From an uncultured Bacilli bacterium (GTDB lineage: Bacteria > Bacillota_I > Bacilli_A > RF39 > UBA660): a stretch of 64,000 nt of DNA. The notes below the pieces were generated by a model. The model searched no databases. It saw only the letters and a list, made by a program, of their open reading frames with translations, and was not told the origin of the DNA. The stretch covers positions 18,569 to 82,568 of the forward strand of contig CAKOND010000004.1 of the NCBI GenBank assembly GCA_934096945.1, given 5' to 3'. A program made the translations under genes and the position numbers. Below are positions 22,159 to 31,592 of this stretch, piece by piece. Positions within the stretch are counted from its first letter, which is position 1. Each line of letters starts with the position of its first letter.

Positions 22159-22921
22159 TTATTTTGTTGATACACATTGTCATGTGTTTAAATCTGATTT
22201 TGAAAATATAGATGAAGTTTTAAAAAATGCAAATAATAATCATATAAAATATATTATTAACAATGGTAGTAATGATGAATCTAATAAAGAAGTACTTAAG
22301 CTTGTAGAAAAATACCCATGTATGTATGGTGCAATTGGTATTCATCCGGAGGATGTTGATGGTGTAAAACAAGAAGATGTCAAATTTATAGAAGATAATT
22401 TAGATAATAAAAAAATTGTTGCTATTGGTGAAATTGGTTTAGATTATCACTATACAAAAGAAAATAAAGATGAACAAGTTAAATTATTTGAAACTCAATT
22501 AGCTTTAGCAGAAAAATATAATATGCCCGTGATTGTGCATTCAAGAGATGCAACTGGAGATACAATTAATTCTCTCAAAAAATTTAATTGTAAAGGTGTT
22601 ATTCATTCTTTTTCTGGAAGTTTAGAAACTGCTAGAATATATATTAAAATGGGATATATGCTAGGTGTTAATGGTGTTATAACTTTTAAAAATGCTAAGA
22701 TAAAAGATGTTATTAAAGAAGTTGGACTTGAGCATATTGTTTTAGAAACTGATAGTCCATATCTTACTCCAGAACCATTTAGAGGAAAACAAAATAATCC
22801 TGGCCATGTGCTAGAAGTAGCTAAATTTGTAGCTAATTTGTATAGTGTTTCTTTAGAAGAACTTGCAATTCAAACTAATAAAAACGTTACGGATACGTAT
22901 AAAAAGATGAAGTTAGATTAA
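22151..22921 (+). CDS. tatD: TatD-family metal-dependent DNase/hydrolase (YabD)
   Basis: N-terminal DTHCH metal-binding motif and TIM-barrel hydrolase sequence. metG-yabD synteny. Confidence 0.88.
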   Translation: MDNYFVDTHCHVFKSDFENIDEVLKNANNNHIKYIINNGSNDESNKEVLKLVEKYPCMYGAIGIHPEDVDGVKQEDVKFIEDNLDNKKIVAIGEIGLDYHYTKENKDEQVKLFETQLALAEKYNMPVIVHSRDATGDTINSLKKFNCKGVIHSFSGSLETARIYIKMGYMLGVNGVITFKNAKIKDVIKEVGLEHIVLETDSPYLTPEPFRGKQNNPGHVLEVAKFVANLYSVSLEELAIQTNKNVTDTYKKMKLD

Positions 22922-22943
22922 TTTTTAACTTCATCTTTTTTTG
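22903..22943 (+). terminator. Rho-independent terminator of the dut-metG-tatD operon
   Basis: Stem AGATGAAGTT/AACTTCATCT, then a T8 tract. Confidence 0.65.
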
Positions 22944-23361
22944 AATGGAAATCAGTAAAAGCTATTGGCAGAATTGATGTTCATAGAATTGAAGAGGGAA
23001 AAGAAAAAAATAAAAAAACATTATTATATTTTAAGTAATAAATTTGATATTAATACATTTGTTAAAATAATTCGATAACATTGGAACATAGAATGTTTAT
23101 TACACTGGAGACTTAATGGAATATTAGATGAAGATCATTCAAGGAGTCGTGTTGGAAACTCTATAGATAATTTATCATTAATTAGAAAAATAGTTTTAAT
23201 CTAACAAAATTAGATAACTCTATGGGAACAAACTTAACATTAAAGAAAAGAATGACTAGATATACAAGTGATTTCAAAAACATTGAAAATCTTATATTTC
23301 AAGTCATTCCGTCGTTTACGTCAAATTTTTATGCGATTTCCATATACAAAGATATAGATTA

Positions 23362-23390
23362 TTGATATAGATTAAAAAATAGTGTATAAT
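23362..23390 (+). promoter_or_regulatory. Sigma-A promoter TTGATA-17-(TG)TATAAT for the secreted-protein gene
   Basis: -35 at 23362-23367. Extended -10 TGTATAAT at 23383-23390, 24 nt before the RBS AAGGAGG. Confidence 0.5.
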
Positions 23391-23413
23391 TAATTTAATA
23401 ATAAGGAGGAGAT

Positions 23414-24877
23414 ATGAAAAAAAATATTTTGTTAGTTGGGTTATTATTATTAGTATTATTCATGCCAAATAAGGTATTTGCATTAAGTAATGATGAGATT
23501 ATTAATATAATAGCTACTGATGGAAAAAATGCGGTATTTAAAATGAAACAACCTACTAGTGAAAAGGAAGCAAAAGCAAATTTAAACAATTATGTTAATT
23601 ATGTATTACAGAATTATGGATATTTTGCAGATATTATATGTGATAATGAAACATATTCTAAATGTGATTTAAATATTTATAGTAGTGATTATGAATCATC
23701 TTATGATGCAAATCTTAAAGATTATGTAACTAAAAAGGGCTGGACAAGTAAGTATGCTATTAATGTAACTTATGATGCACCGAAAGACAATGAAAGTGTT
23801 AATAAAATTATAGACAATATTGCTGGCCTTCCTGAAGAGTGGGATAGAAATGATGTTCCTAAATATTATATTTTATCAGACTTATCCTTGATAAATTATC
23901 ATTATAATTACTCAAAATATTTAGATGATTTTGGAGGTTCTAAAACAGCATTAAAATATAGTTCTTTAAATAACTTTCTTTATGGAACTAATATAGAAGT
24001 TTATTTGGATCTTGTTACTGGAGAAGATGATCCAGAAAATATGATATACTTTGGATTTGGGCCGATGAGCATATTTTATGATGGGTATTTATATGCCACA
24101 AAAAATGAAGGTATTTATTTAAGGCAATTATTATATATTCCAGAAGATACTCCGGATACACCAGAAGATTATGTGAAAGCTGCACAAAAGAGAATTAATG
24201 ATTATTTAAAAAATGATTTTGTTAAAGTTACTTATGGAGGTAAAATTGCTGATATAAGACCTAATGAAGAAGATGTTTATATACCAATAAAAACAGATGG
24301 AAATTATTATGTTATTCATTTTGGTGATGATATGTTTATGTTTTATATTGTAAAAGGAAATGATGAACAATTAAAAGCGCCTGTATACTTAAGTAGTGAT
24401 ATAAATACAAATATAGAAGTTGAAACTAATGATTCATCAGTGCCTTTAGATACAACAATTAAAGTCAAAGATGTTACTTCTGAATTTACAAAAGAAATGA
24501 TTGGAACAGATAACTTTGTTTCTTATGATATTAAATTATATTCTAATAGTTTAGCAGCACACGTTGAAAAACTTGATTCTGGAACATTTGTTGTAAAAAT
24601 ACCTATACCAGAGATGCTAAATGGTAAAAAATTAATTGTTTATTATTTTGATGAGGATAATAATAAAATATCCTATGATGTTACCATAAAAAATGGGTTT
24701 GCTGAATTTAATACTAATCATTTTAGTGTTTATACTTTAGCTGAATACGAAGAAAATGTTAATGAAATTATTGAAAATCCTTCTACATCAGATAATATAT
24801 TATTGTATTTTACTTTAAGTTTATTAAGTGTTGTAGGAATATTTCTTGTTTCAAAAAAAATAATTAAAAATAATTAA
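23414..24877 (+). CDS. Secreted or cell-surface protein with signal peptide and C-terminal hydrophobic anchor
   Basis: The N-terminus (MKKNILLVGLLLLVLFMPNKVFA) is a signal peptide. The C-terminus (NPSTSDNILLYFTLSLLSVVGIFLVSKKIIKNN) has a hydrophobic helix plus a basic tail, sorting-signal-like but without LPXTG. Confidence 0.6.
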   Translation: MKKNILLVGLLLLVLFMPNKVFALSNDEIINIIATDGKNAVFKMKQPTSEKEAKANLNNYVNYVLQNYGYFADIICDNETYSKCDLNIYSSDYESSYDANLKDYVTKKGWTSKYAINVTYDAPKDNESVNKIIDNIAGLPEEWDRNDVPKYYILSDLSLINYHYNYSKYLDDFGGSKTALKYSSLNNFLYGTNIEVYLDLVTGEDDPENMIYFGFGPMSIFYDGYLYATKNEGIYLRQLLYIPEDTPDTPEDYVKAAQKRINDYLKNDFVKVTYGGKIADIRPNEEDVYIPIKTDGNYYVIHFGDDMFMFYIVKGNDEQLKAPVYLSSDINTNIEVETNDSSVPLDTTIKVKDVTSEFTKEMIGTDNFVSYDIKLYSNSLAAHVEKLDSGTFVVKIPIPEMLNGKKLIVYYFDEDNNKISYDVTIKNGFAEFNTNHFSVYTLAEYEENVNEIIENPSTSDNILLYFTLSLLSVVGIFLVSKKIIKNN

Positions 24878-24998
24878 AAATAATTAATAATTTAAAAATT
24901 AGAGTTAAAAACTCTAGTTTTTTTGTAAAATATTGTCAATTGCTTTATTAGAGTATTAATGTTATAATTTAGTTATCCAAGAAGGAGTGGATATCTAT

Positions 24999-25526
24999 AT
25001 GAAAGTAGCAAATTACTTTATTAGAATGTCAATTGTTATATTTATGTTTATAATTGCTAAAAGTAGTTCTGATACAAAAATTGCTTCAGTTGAAAATAAT
25101 AATGTTAATAAAACAGTTAATTTAACTACAATGGCAATGAAAATAATTGAAGTTGAAGATACGATAAAATATACACCAGTTGCTACATATACTGGAGATT
25201 TAACTGGTTATGCTTATAATTGTCCATTATGTAATGGTACACTTGGTTGTATGCCAAAATATAATATTAAAGATGGTACAACAACTTATAAAGATTATGA
25301 ATATGGAGAAGTAAAAATTGTGGCTTCAAGTAAAAATATAGCTTGTGGTTCAATTATTAGATTTAAAAGTAATAGAGTTGGTGAAGGAGAACAATTTGCT
25401 ATAGTTCTAGACCGTGGTGTCGGTGGCTATGCACTTGATTTACTTACACCAAGTGAGGAATATGCTTCTAAATATATTGGAAGAAGTAAAATAACATATG
25501 ATGTTTTAAGGAGCGGGTGGGAATAA
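24999..25526 (+). CDS. 3D-domain (MltA-like) cell-wall-binding protein (YabE/YuiC-like)
   Basis: C-terminal 3D domain with conserved Asp residues (...VLDRGVGGYALDLL...). Position before ksgA as for yabE in Bacillus. Start ATG 24999 after AAGGAGTGG. Confidence 0.7.
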   Translation: MKVANYFIRMSIVIFMFIIAKSSSDTKIASVENNNVNKTVNLTTMAMKIIEVEDTIKYTPVATYTGDLTGYAYNCPLCNGTLGCMPKYNIKDGTTTYKDYEYGEVKIVASSKNIACGSIIRFKSNRVGEGEQFAIVLDRGVGGYALDLLTPSEEYASKYIGRSKITYDVLRSGWE

Positions 25527-25546
25527 AACCCTACCCGAATTTTTTT

Positions 25547-26326
25547 ATGAAAGCAAAGAAGAGTTTAGGACAAAATTTTTTAATTGATAATAATGTAATC
25601 AATAAAATTATTGATGAAGTTTCAGCATGTAAAGATGATTTAATTGTTGAAATAGGACCTGGAAGAGGTGCCCTTACAAGCAAACTTAAGAATAAAGGTT
25701 GTAATGTAATTGCTTATGAACTTGATAGAGATTTAAGTAATATATTAAGTAAATTAGAAGATAATAATTTACATGTAATATATGGTGATTTTTTAAAAAG
25801 TAATATAAATGAAGATATAAAAAATATTAAATATAAAAATTTGTATTTAGTTGGTAATCTTCCTTATTATATAACTACCCCAATTATTGAACATATTATT
25901 GATGAAAATATTGTGTTTAGTAAATTTACAATTATGATACAAAAAGAAGTAGCAGATAGATTTATGGCTGAAGCTGGTACAAAAGATTATGGCTATATTA
26001 CTTTAGTACTTAAATATTACTTTAATATTAGTAAAGTTTGTGATGTGTCTAAATATGCTTTTAATCCTGTACCAAAAGTTGAAAGTAGTGTTGTAAGTTT
26101 TGTGCCACGAAAAGATAAGTTAGATGTTGATGCTGATGATTACTTTAAGTTTTTGAAAAATGCATTTAGACAAAAAAGAAAGAATTTAAGAAATAATTTA
26201 AATGGTTTATATGATTTAGATATGGTCTTGCAGGTGTTAAATAAATATGGTTTGGATTTAAGTGTTAGAGCAGAAAGCTTAAGTGAAGAAATACTTGCAG
26301 ATATCTATAAAAGTGTTACCCAATAA
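25547..26326 (+). CDS. rsmA: 16S rRNA (adenine1518/1519-N6)-dimethyltransferase RsmA/KsgA
   Basis: KSLGQNFLID N-terminus, SAM-binding EIGPGRGALT and the NLPY motif. The likely start is ATG 25547. The ORF-track start at 25517 overlaps the upstream gene. Confidence 0.9.
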   Translation: MKAKKSLGQNFLIDNNVINKIIDEVSACKDDLIVEIGPGRGALTSKLKNKGCNVIAYELDRDLSNILSKLEDNNLHVIYGDFLKSNINEDIKNIKYKNLYLVGNLPYYITTPIIEHIIDENIVFSKFTIMIQKEVADRFMAEAGTKDYGYITLVLKYYFNISKVCDVSKYAFNPVPKVESSVVSFVPRKDKLDVDADDYFKFLKNAFRQKRKNLRNNLNGLYDLDMVLQVLNKYGLDLSVRAESLSEEILADIYKSVTQ

Positions 26327-26360
26327 GGGTAATTTTTTTTGATAATTTTCATATACTTTA

Positions 26361-27152
26361 TTGGTGATAATTATTTTGAATATAGAAAAAGGTGATTATG
26401 TAACTAGAAATAGTTATGGTAATGATACTGTATTTAGAGTTATTAATATAAAAGATGGAATATACTATCTAAAAGGTGTTGAAGTTAGATTAGTAGCAGA
26501 TGCTGAAATTTTGGATTTAAGGAAAGAAGAGAATATTCATGAAGATGATGTGATTGATGATATTGACTTACTTGATGATAATTTAGATCGTGGCGAGTTC
26601 TTTTATTTGCCTGCGAAAGCATTGCATATAGATTCAGATGAAGAGTATCTAGCAAGATGCTTAAAGTTTTATAAAAGAAATGGCATAATGGCTGTTGGCA
26701 AAAAAATAAATGAAAAGAATGTTTATGAACAATTACCTATGTTATTAAAAGAATTTAGACCAGATATTGTGGTTATTACTGGACATGATGCTTATTATAG
26801 AAAAAAAGGCGATGCTAAAGATATTAAAAATTATAAAAATTCAGCATATTTTGTTAAAGCGGTTAAAGCAGCGAGAAATTATGAAAAAAGTCATGAAAAA
26901 TTAGTTATAATTGCTGGGGCTTGTCAAAGTGATTATGAAGAGTTAATTAAGGCTGGAGCTAATTTTGCGTCAAGTCCAAAGAGAGTTAATATTCATGCTT
27001 TGGATCCAGCGATTATTGCTAGTACTGTTGCCCTTACGGAAAGAAATAAGGAAATAGATTTAAAAAAGTTACTTGATAAAACAAAATATAAAGAAGATGG
27101 TATGGGTGGACTTATATGTAATGGACTTATGTATGTAGGGTATCCTAGATAA
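26361..27152 (+). CDS. yabG: Sporulation-specific protease YabG
   Basis: 263 aa. The conserved block RPDIVVITGHDAYYRKKGD...IIAGACQSDYEELIKAGANFASSP is typical of YabG. ksgA-yabG-veg synteny. TTG or GTG start. Confidence 0.8.
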   Translation: MVIIILNIEKGDYVTRNSYGNDTVFRVINIKDGIYYLKGVEVRLVADAEILDLRKEENIHEDDVIDDIDLLDDNLDRGEFFYLPAKALHIDSDEEYLARCLKFYKRNGIMAVGKKINEKNVYEQLPMLLKEFRPDIVVITGHDAYYRKKGDAKDIKNYKNSAYFVKAVKAARNYEKSHEKLVIIAGACQSDYEELIKAGANFASSPKRVNIHALDPAIIASTVALTERNKEIDLKKLLDKTKYKEDGMGGLICNGLMYVGYPR

Positions 27153-27161
27153 GGGGGAATA

Positions 27162-27374
27162 ATGAATATTAATTTAGTTAAAGAAGAAATAAGTAAAAGG
27201 CTTAATAGTAAAGTAATGGTTTCTGTTTATGGTATGCGTAACCGAGTTAGTAGACTGGAAGGAATACTTTATAAAATTTATCCAAATTTGTTTACGGTCA
27301 TGGTGGATGGAGAAGAGAAAAGTTTTTGTTATAGAGATGTAATAACTGGTGATGTCAAAATAAAATATTTATAA
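27162..27374 (+). CDS. veg: Veg protein (biofilm/sporulation-associated small protein)
   Basis: 70 aa, Veg-like (…SVYGMRNRVSRLEGILYKIYPNLFTV…). Synteny after yabG. Confidence 0.8.
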   Translation: MNINLVKEEISKRLNSKVMVSVYGMRNRVSRLEGILYKIYPNLFTVMVDGEEKSFCYRDVITGDVKIKYL

Positions 27375-27452
27375 AAAATATAAAAAAATATTGCAAATTT
27401 ATTAAATATGCTTTAAAATGAAAGTGTAATACATCATAAGGAGGTTAATATT

Positions 27453-27725
27453 ATGGAAATTACGAAACTAGAAATTTATAGGAGAGAAAAAGAAGGATCA
27501 AGATTAAAAGCGTTTGTTGATTTTACTCTTGATGATTGTTTAGCAATTCGTGGTGCTAAAATTATTGATGGTAATACGAGAATGTTTCTTTCAATGCCTG
27601 GTAGAATGAATAAAGATGGTAAAGAAGAAAACGTTGTTTTTCCAACAAATAAGGAAACAAGGGAAAAATTTGAAAAAGTTATACTTGATGCATTTTATAA
27701 AAAGGTAGAGGAAGAAGCTGAATAG
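27453..27725 (+). CDS. spoVG: Septation protein SpoVG
   Basis: MEITKLEIYRREKEGSRLKAFVDFTLDDCLAIRGAKIIDGNTRMFLSMPGRMNKDG matches the SpoVG family almost throughout. Confidence 0.9.
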   Translation: MEITKLEIYRREKEGSRLKAFVDFTLDDCLAIRGAKIIDGNTRMFLSMPGRMNKDGKEENVVFPTNKETREKFEKVILDAFYKKVEEEAE

Positions 27726-27780
27726 GGCTTCTTTTGATTTTTAAAAATTTTTGCCTATTTTGATGTCATTATCCGTGGAC

Positions 27781-27808
27781 TTGACATATAATTTATATGT
27801 GGTATAAT
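27781..27808 (+). promoter_or_regulatory. Sigma-A promoter TTGACA-16-TATAAT (extended -10 TGGTATAAT)
   Basis: Perfect -35 and -10 hexamers upstream of the 27841 ORF. Confidence 0.6.
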
Positions 27809-27840
27809 TAAAAAATGTCGCTTAAAAGGAGTGGAGTTAA

Positions 27841-28314
27841 ATGTTATATAATATAGAATATGTTTATGGTAAAGATAAAGATGATAATAAAATCTTAGTT
27901 GGTGCTAAAGTTTCAGGATTTGATGGAAAAAAATATTATAAGAAGGAAATATATGTTGGTCTTGAGTTTGCTTTAGAAGACATTCTTGAAAGTGATTATA
28001 ATGCTCATGCACTTGGAATTCGAAATTTGGATATTTTTAAAGCTAAATATGAAACTTTAAGAGCATCAGGAATTATTTATTTTCCTGAATTAGATAGTTA
28101 TGAATTTCTTGAACAAAATGATGTTGTTATTCACTGGACACGTTCTGAGGAAGTTAAAACTCAATTAGAAGAAGCCTTGCAACCATATAAAAATATAGCG
28201 ACTGATAAGGTTGTAAAACAAAGAGTACAAGAATTTGTTGAAAGCTTAGATCCAGCAGATCCTATGATTGAACTTAATGGTTTATCTTTACAAAGACAAT
28301 CTTCAAACAGATAG
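27841..28314 (+). CDS. Hypothetical cytosolic protein (157 aa) with its own strong promoter and terminator
   Basis: Clean ORF with RBS AAAGGAGTGG. No recognisable motif. Confidence 0.55.
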   Translation: MLYNIEYVYGKDKDDNKILVGAKVSGFDGKKYYKKEIYVGLEFALEDILESDYNAHALGIRNLDIFKAKYETLRASGIIYFPELDSYEFLEQNDVVIHWTRSEEVKTQLEEALQPYKNIATDKVVKQRVQEFVESLDPADPMIELNGLSLQRQSSNR

Positions 28315-28337
28315 TTATAAATTATCTGTTTTTTTCA
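28306..28337 (+). terminator. Rho-independent terminator
   Basis: Stem AACAGATA/TATCTGTT, then a T7 tract, overlapping the stop codon. Confidence 0.65.
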
Positions 28338-28346
28338 TATATTTAA

Positions 28347-28634
28347 ATGGTGATAATAATGGATACTACTTATGGTAATCAAGAGGTTAAAATTGTTGAT
28401 AGAGGTAGCATTAGTTTAAATGGTGTTAATAAGATTGTGAGTTTTGATGATGAAGAATTTTTAATGGAAACGGTTATGGGGAATCTTAGAATACTTGGTA
28501 GTGGTCTTGAACTATTAAAACTTGATACTATGGATGGAAATGTAAAGATAAAAGGAAAGATTAATTCATTTATGTATATTGATGGTAAAACAAAAAATAA
28601 AGAAGATAGTATCATAAGTAAATTATTTAAATGA
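28347..28634 (+). CDS. yabP: Sporulation protein YabP
   Basis: LNGVNKIVSFDDEEFLMETVMGNLRILGSGLELLKLD matches the YabP family (…VESFDDEEIILETVEGALMIRGEQLHIKQLD…). Confidence 0.85.
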   Translation: MVIIMDTTYGNQEVKIVDRGSISLNGVNKIVSFDDEEFLMETVMGNLRILGSGLELLKLDTMDGNVKIKGKINSFMYIDGKTKNKEDSIISKLFK

Positions 28635-28930
28635 ATAGTTATGTTCAAGTTATATCTTTCTTAGTATCTTTTATTTATGGAATTGCATTTTATTTATTTG
28701 CAAGATTTAATAAATTTATGCTTAGTAATAAAAATAATGTTATTAAGTTGTTGGTAACACTTGTTTTCGTTATAGATATGGTGATTTTATACATATATTT
28801 AATGTATAAAATTAATTTTGGAATTATTCATCCATATTTTGTTTTAGTAGTAATTTTAGGTTTTTTCTTTATGCTAAAAATATATGAAAAGTGTAAAGAA
28901 TATGTAAAAATGATTAAATTTCAAAAATAA
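28631..28930 (+). CDS. yabQ: Spore cortex biosynthesis membrane protein YabQ
   Basis: 99-aa polytopic membrane protein, translationally coupled to yabP. yabP-yabQ-divIC synteny. Confidence 0.7.
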   Translation: MNSYVQVISFLVSFIYGIAFYLFARFNKFMLSNKNNVIKLLVTLVFVIDMVILYIYLMYKINFGIIHPYFVLVVILGFFFMLKIYEKCKEYVKMIKFQK

Positions 28931-28989
28931 TAGTTTATATTTTTGAAATTTTTTTGTATAATCTGAGTGAAGAATGAGGAGGATTCGGT

Positions 28990-29274
28990 ATGAAAAAAAC
29001 AAAAAAAGAAAAAAAACGGCTTTTTGTAATATCTGCCGTAATTATTCTTCTTATTGTATCTTTGGTTAGTTCTGTTGCTGGAGATTGGACTAAAATTATG
29101 GAAAATAAAAGTAAAATTACAAGTTTAAATAAAAAATATAATAATTTATTAAGTGAAGAAGAAAAATTAGTTAGTGAAGTAACTAAACTTCAAGATGATG
29201 ATTATGTTCTTAGATATGCAAAAGAAAAATTTTTGTATTCTGAAGATGGAGAAGTTATAATTAGAATGAACTAA
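28990..29274 (+). CDS. divIC: Septum formation initiator DivIC/FtsB family
   Basis: 94 aa with an N-terminal TM helix, a coiled coil ([25 protein letters not shown]) and a DivIC/FtsL-type C-terminus. Confidence 0.75.
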   Translation: MKKTKKEKKRLFVISAVIILLIVSLVSSVAGDWTKIMENKSKITSLNKKYNNLLSEEEKLVSEVTKLQDDDYVLRYAKEKFLYSEDGEVIIRMN

Positions 29275-29849
29275 AATTCATTCTTTTTTATGATGTCATC
29301 TATAAGTCCGTATTCTTTAGCTTCAAGGGCACTTAGAAAATTATCTCTTTCTGTGTCTTCATATATTTTTTCTAGTGGTTGGTGTGTGTTATCCGCTAAA
29401 ATTTTGTTTAGTTTTTCTTTTAATTTTATTATACGTTCAGCAGCTATTTTAATATCTGTTGCTTGACCTTGAGCCCCTCCGAGAGGTTGATGGATCATAA
29501 CTTCAGCATTTGGAAGAGCATATCTTTCATCACCACTTGAAAGTAAAAATGCTGCCATACTAGCACACATTCCAACTCCGATAGTTATAACTTTGCTTTC
29601 AATAAATCTTATTGTGTCATAAATTCCCATTCCAGAAGTTATGGCACCACCCGGAGAGTTTATATACAAATATATATTTTCATGATTAATATTATCTAAA
29701 TAAAGAAGTTCACTTATAATGATGTTTGACATTGTATCATCAATTTCACCAGTTAAAAAAATAATTCTATCTTGTAAAAGTCTAGAATATAAATCATAAG
29801 CATATTCTTTATTGTTACTTCTTGTAATTACTGTTGGAATTATGTTCAA
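29271..29849 (-). CDS. clpP: ATP-dependent Clp protease proteolytic subunit
   Basis: 192 aa with the catalytic Ser, His, Asp context ([19 protein letters not shown]) and near-identity to ClpP family blocks. Its stop overlaps the convergent divIC stop by 4 nt. Confidence 0.93.
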   Translation of the reverse strand: MNIIPTVITRSNNKEYAYDLYSRLLQDRIIFLTGEIDDTMSNIIISELLYLDNINHENIYLYINSPGGAITSGMGIYDTIRFIESKVITIGVGMCASMAAFLLSSGDERYALPNAEVMIHQPLGGAQGQATDIKIAAERIIKLKEKLNKILADNTHQPLEKIYEDTERDNFLSALEAKEYGLIDDIIKKNEF

Positions 29850-29945
29850 AATATATCACCTACATAAATAATAGTAAAATATGTTATTTTTTATTCACAA
29901 ATTTAAAAAAAATTGATATAATTAATAAGAATAGAGGGAGATTAG

Positions 29946-31592
29946 ATGGATATAGTTAAAGTTACATTTAATGATAATACTGTTCACGAGTACAGAAAGG
30001 GTACTTTGTTTTATGATGCAAGTAAGGACTTTGATATGGAAAATATTGTTGGTTATAAGATAAATAACGAAGTATTTTCTTTGGATAATAAAATACTTGA
30101 AGATGTAAAAATAGAATTTATAAATACAAATGATTTGATTGGTAATAGAATTTATAAAGCGGGTTTAAAATTTTTGTTTTTAGTGGCTTTACAAGAAGTT
30201 TTTAATGGATTTGATGTTTCATTTGAACATAGTGTTCCAAGAGGGATGCTGGGGTTTATTGAAGGATCCCGAATACTTACTCAAGAAGATATATCATTAA
30301 TTAAAGAAAAAATGTGTAAAATAATTAGTGACAATGAATTAATTGAGAAGTTAAATGTTTCTCCGAAAGATGCAATTAAGTATTATAAAGATAAAAATGA
30401 GTATGAAAAAGCAAATAATATCCAAAATATAAGTGATAAGGTTGTTAATTTGTATAAACTTAAGAATAAACTTAATTATTTTTATTCATTAATGCCTTAT
30501 AGTACCGGGGCTTTAAATAAGTTTGAGCTTGTTTATTTAGGAAATAATAAGGTAATACTTTTGTTTCCAACAACCCGAAGTCATGGTAATGTTCCTGAGT
30601 ATGTTCATTATGATAAAATTATTGAAAGTTTTGCAAGTGGAAAAAAATGGCTTGAAAACTTAAATATGCCATATGTCACGGATTTAAATAAAGATGTTGG
30701 AACTGGCAAAATAATTAATTTTATTAAATCAAGTGAGCTTATGTTTAATTTAAATATTGCAGAAGTTGCTAAAGAAATTGAGAGGAATAAAGATATTAAG
30801 TTTATACTTATTGCAGGTCCATCATCAAGTGGAAAGACAACAACAACAAGTAGGTTAGCATCATATTTCGAAACTTTGGGTTATAATCCAATAAACATAA
30901 GTTTAGATGATTATTTTGTTAATAGAGATGATACTCCGAAAGATGAAAATGGTAAATTTGATTTTGAATGTTTAGAAGCTTTGGATGTTAAATTATTTAA
31001 TGAAAACTTAGGTAAGTTACTTGCTGGTGAAAGTATTAAATTACCTAAATATAATTTTATGACTGGACTTAGAGAATACTATAAGGGTGAAGTTAAAATG
31101 ACTGATAAAAGTATTTTCTTAATTGAAGGGTTGCATGCTTTAAATGATGAACTTACTAAGGAAATTGATAAAAAGTTTAAATATAAAATTTATTTAAGTC
31201 CATTTATTCCTTTAAGTATAGATAAATATAATTATGTGTCAACACTTGATTTAAGATTACTTAGAAGAATAGTTAGGGATAATAGAACACGTGGATATGA
31301 TGTTATAAAAACTATTGATAATTGGCAAAGTGTTAGAAATGGAGAAGAAAAATATATATTTCCATATATACATCAAGCAAATACAATAGTTAATACAGCA
31401 CTTCCATATGAAGTAGGGGTTTTGAAGGTTTATGTTGAGCCACTTCTTTTGTCAGTAAGTGTGGATAGCATTTATTACGAAGAAGCTAGAAGATTAGTGG
31501 ATTTTTTGAAACAATTCTTTCCCATACCGGGAGAATATGTTAATGATGAATCAATATTGCGTGAATTTATAGGAGGAAGATATAATGATTAA
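29946..31592 (+). CDS. TGS-domain / uridine-kinase-family (P-loop nucleoside kinase) fusion protein
   Basis: N-terminal TGS-like beta-grasp (MDIVKVTFNDNTVHEYRKGTLFYD). The central P-loop GPSSSGKTTT and PRK/uridine-kinase-like fold follow. 548 aa. Confidence 0.65.
   Translation: MDIVKVTFNDNTVHEYRKGTLFYDASKDFDMENIVGYKINNEVFSLDNKILEDVKIEFINTNDLIGNRIYKAGLKFLFLVALQEVFNGFDVSFEHSVPRGMLGFIEGSRILTQEDISLIKEKMCKIISDNELIEKLNVSPKDAIKYYKDKNEYEKANNIQNISDKVVNLYKLKNKLNYFYSLMPYSTGALNKFELVYLGNNKVILLFPTTRSHGNVPEYVHYDKIIESFASGKKWLENLNMPYVTDLNKDVGTGKIINFIKSSELMFNLNIAEVAKEIERNKDIKFILIAGPSSSGKTTTTSRLASYFETLGYNPINISLDDYFVNRDDTPKDENGKFDFECLEALDVKLFNENLGKLLAGESIKLPKYNFMTGLREYYKGEVKMTDKSIFLIEGLHALNDELTKEIDKKFKYKIYLSPFIPLSIDKYNYVSTLDLRLLRRIVRDNRTRGYDVIKTIDNWQSVRNGEEKYIFPYIHQANTIVNTALPYEVGVLKVYVEPLLLSVSVDSIYYEEARRLVDFLKQFFPIPGEYVNDESILREFIGGRYND

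Noticed and set aside
21717-22175. 152-aa minus-strand ORF inside metG
   Set aside because: Antisense to a conserved synthetase. Ser/Leu-rich low-complexity product and no RBS.
23395-23589. 64-aa minus-strand ORF over the secreted-protein start
   Set aside because: Overlaps the promoter and RBS of a well-supported plus-strand gene.
28379-28648. 89-aa minus-strand ORF inside yabP
   Set aside because: Antisense to a conserved sporulation gene.
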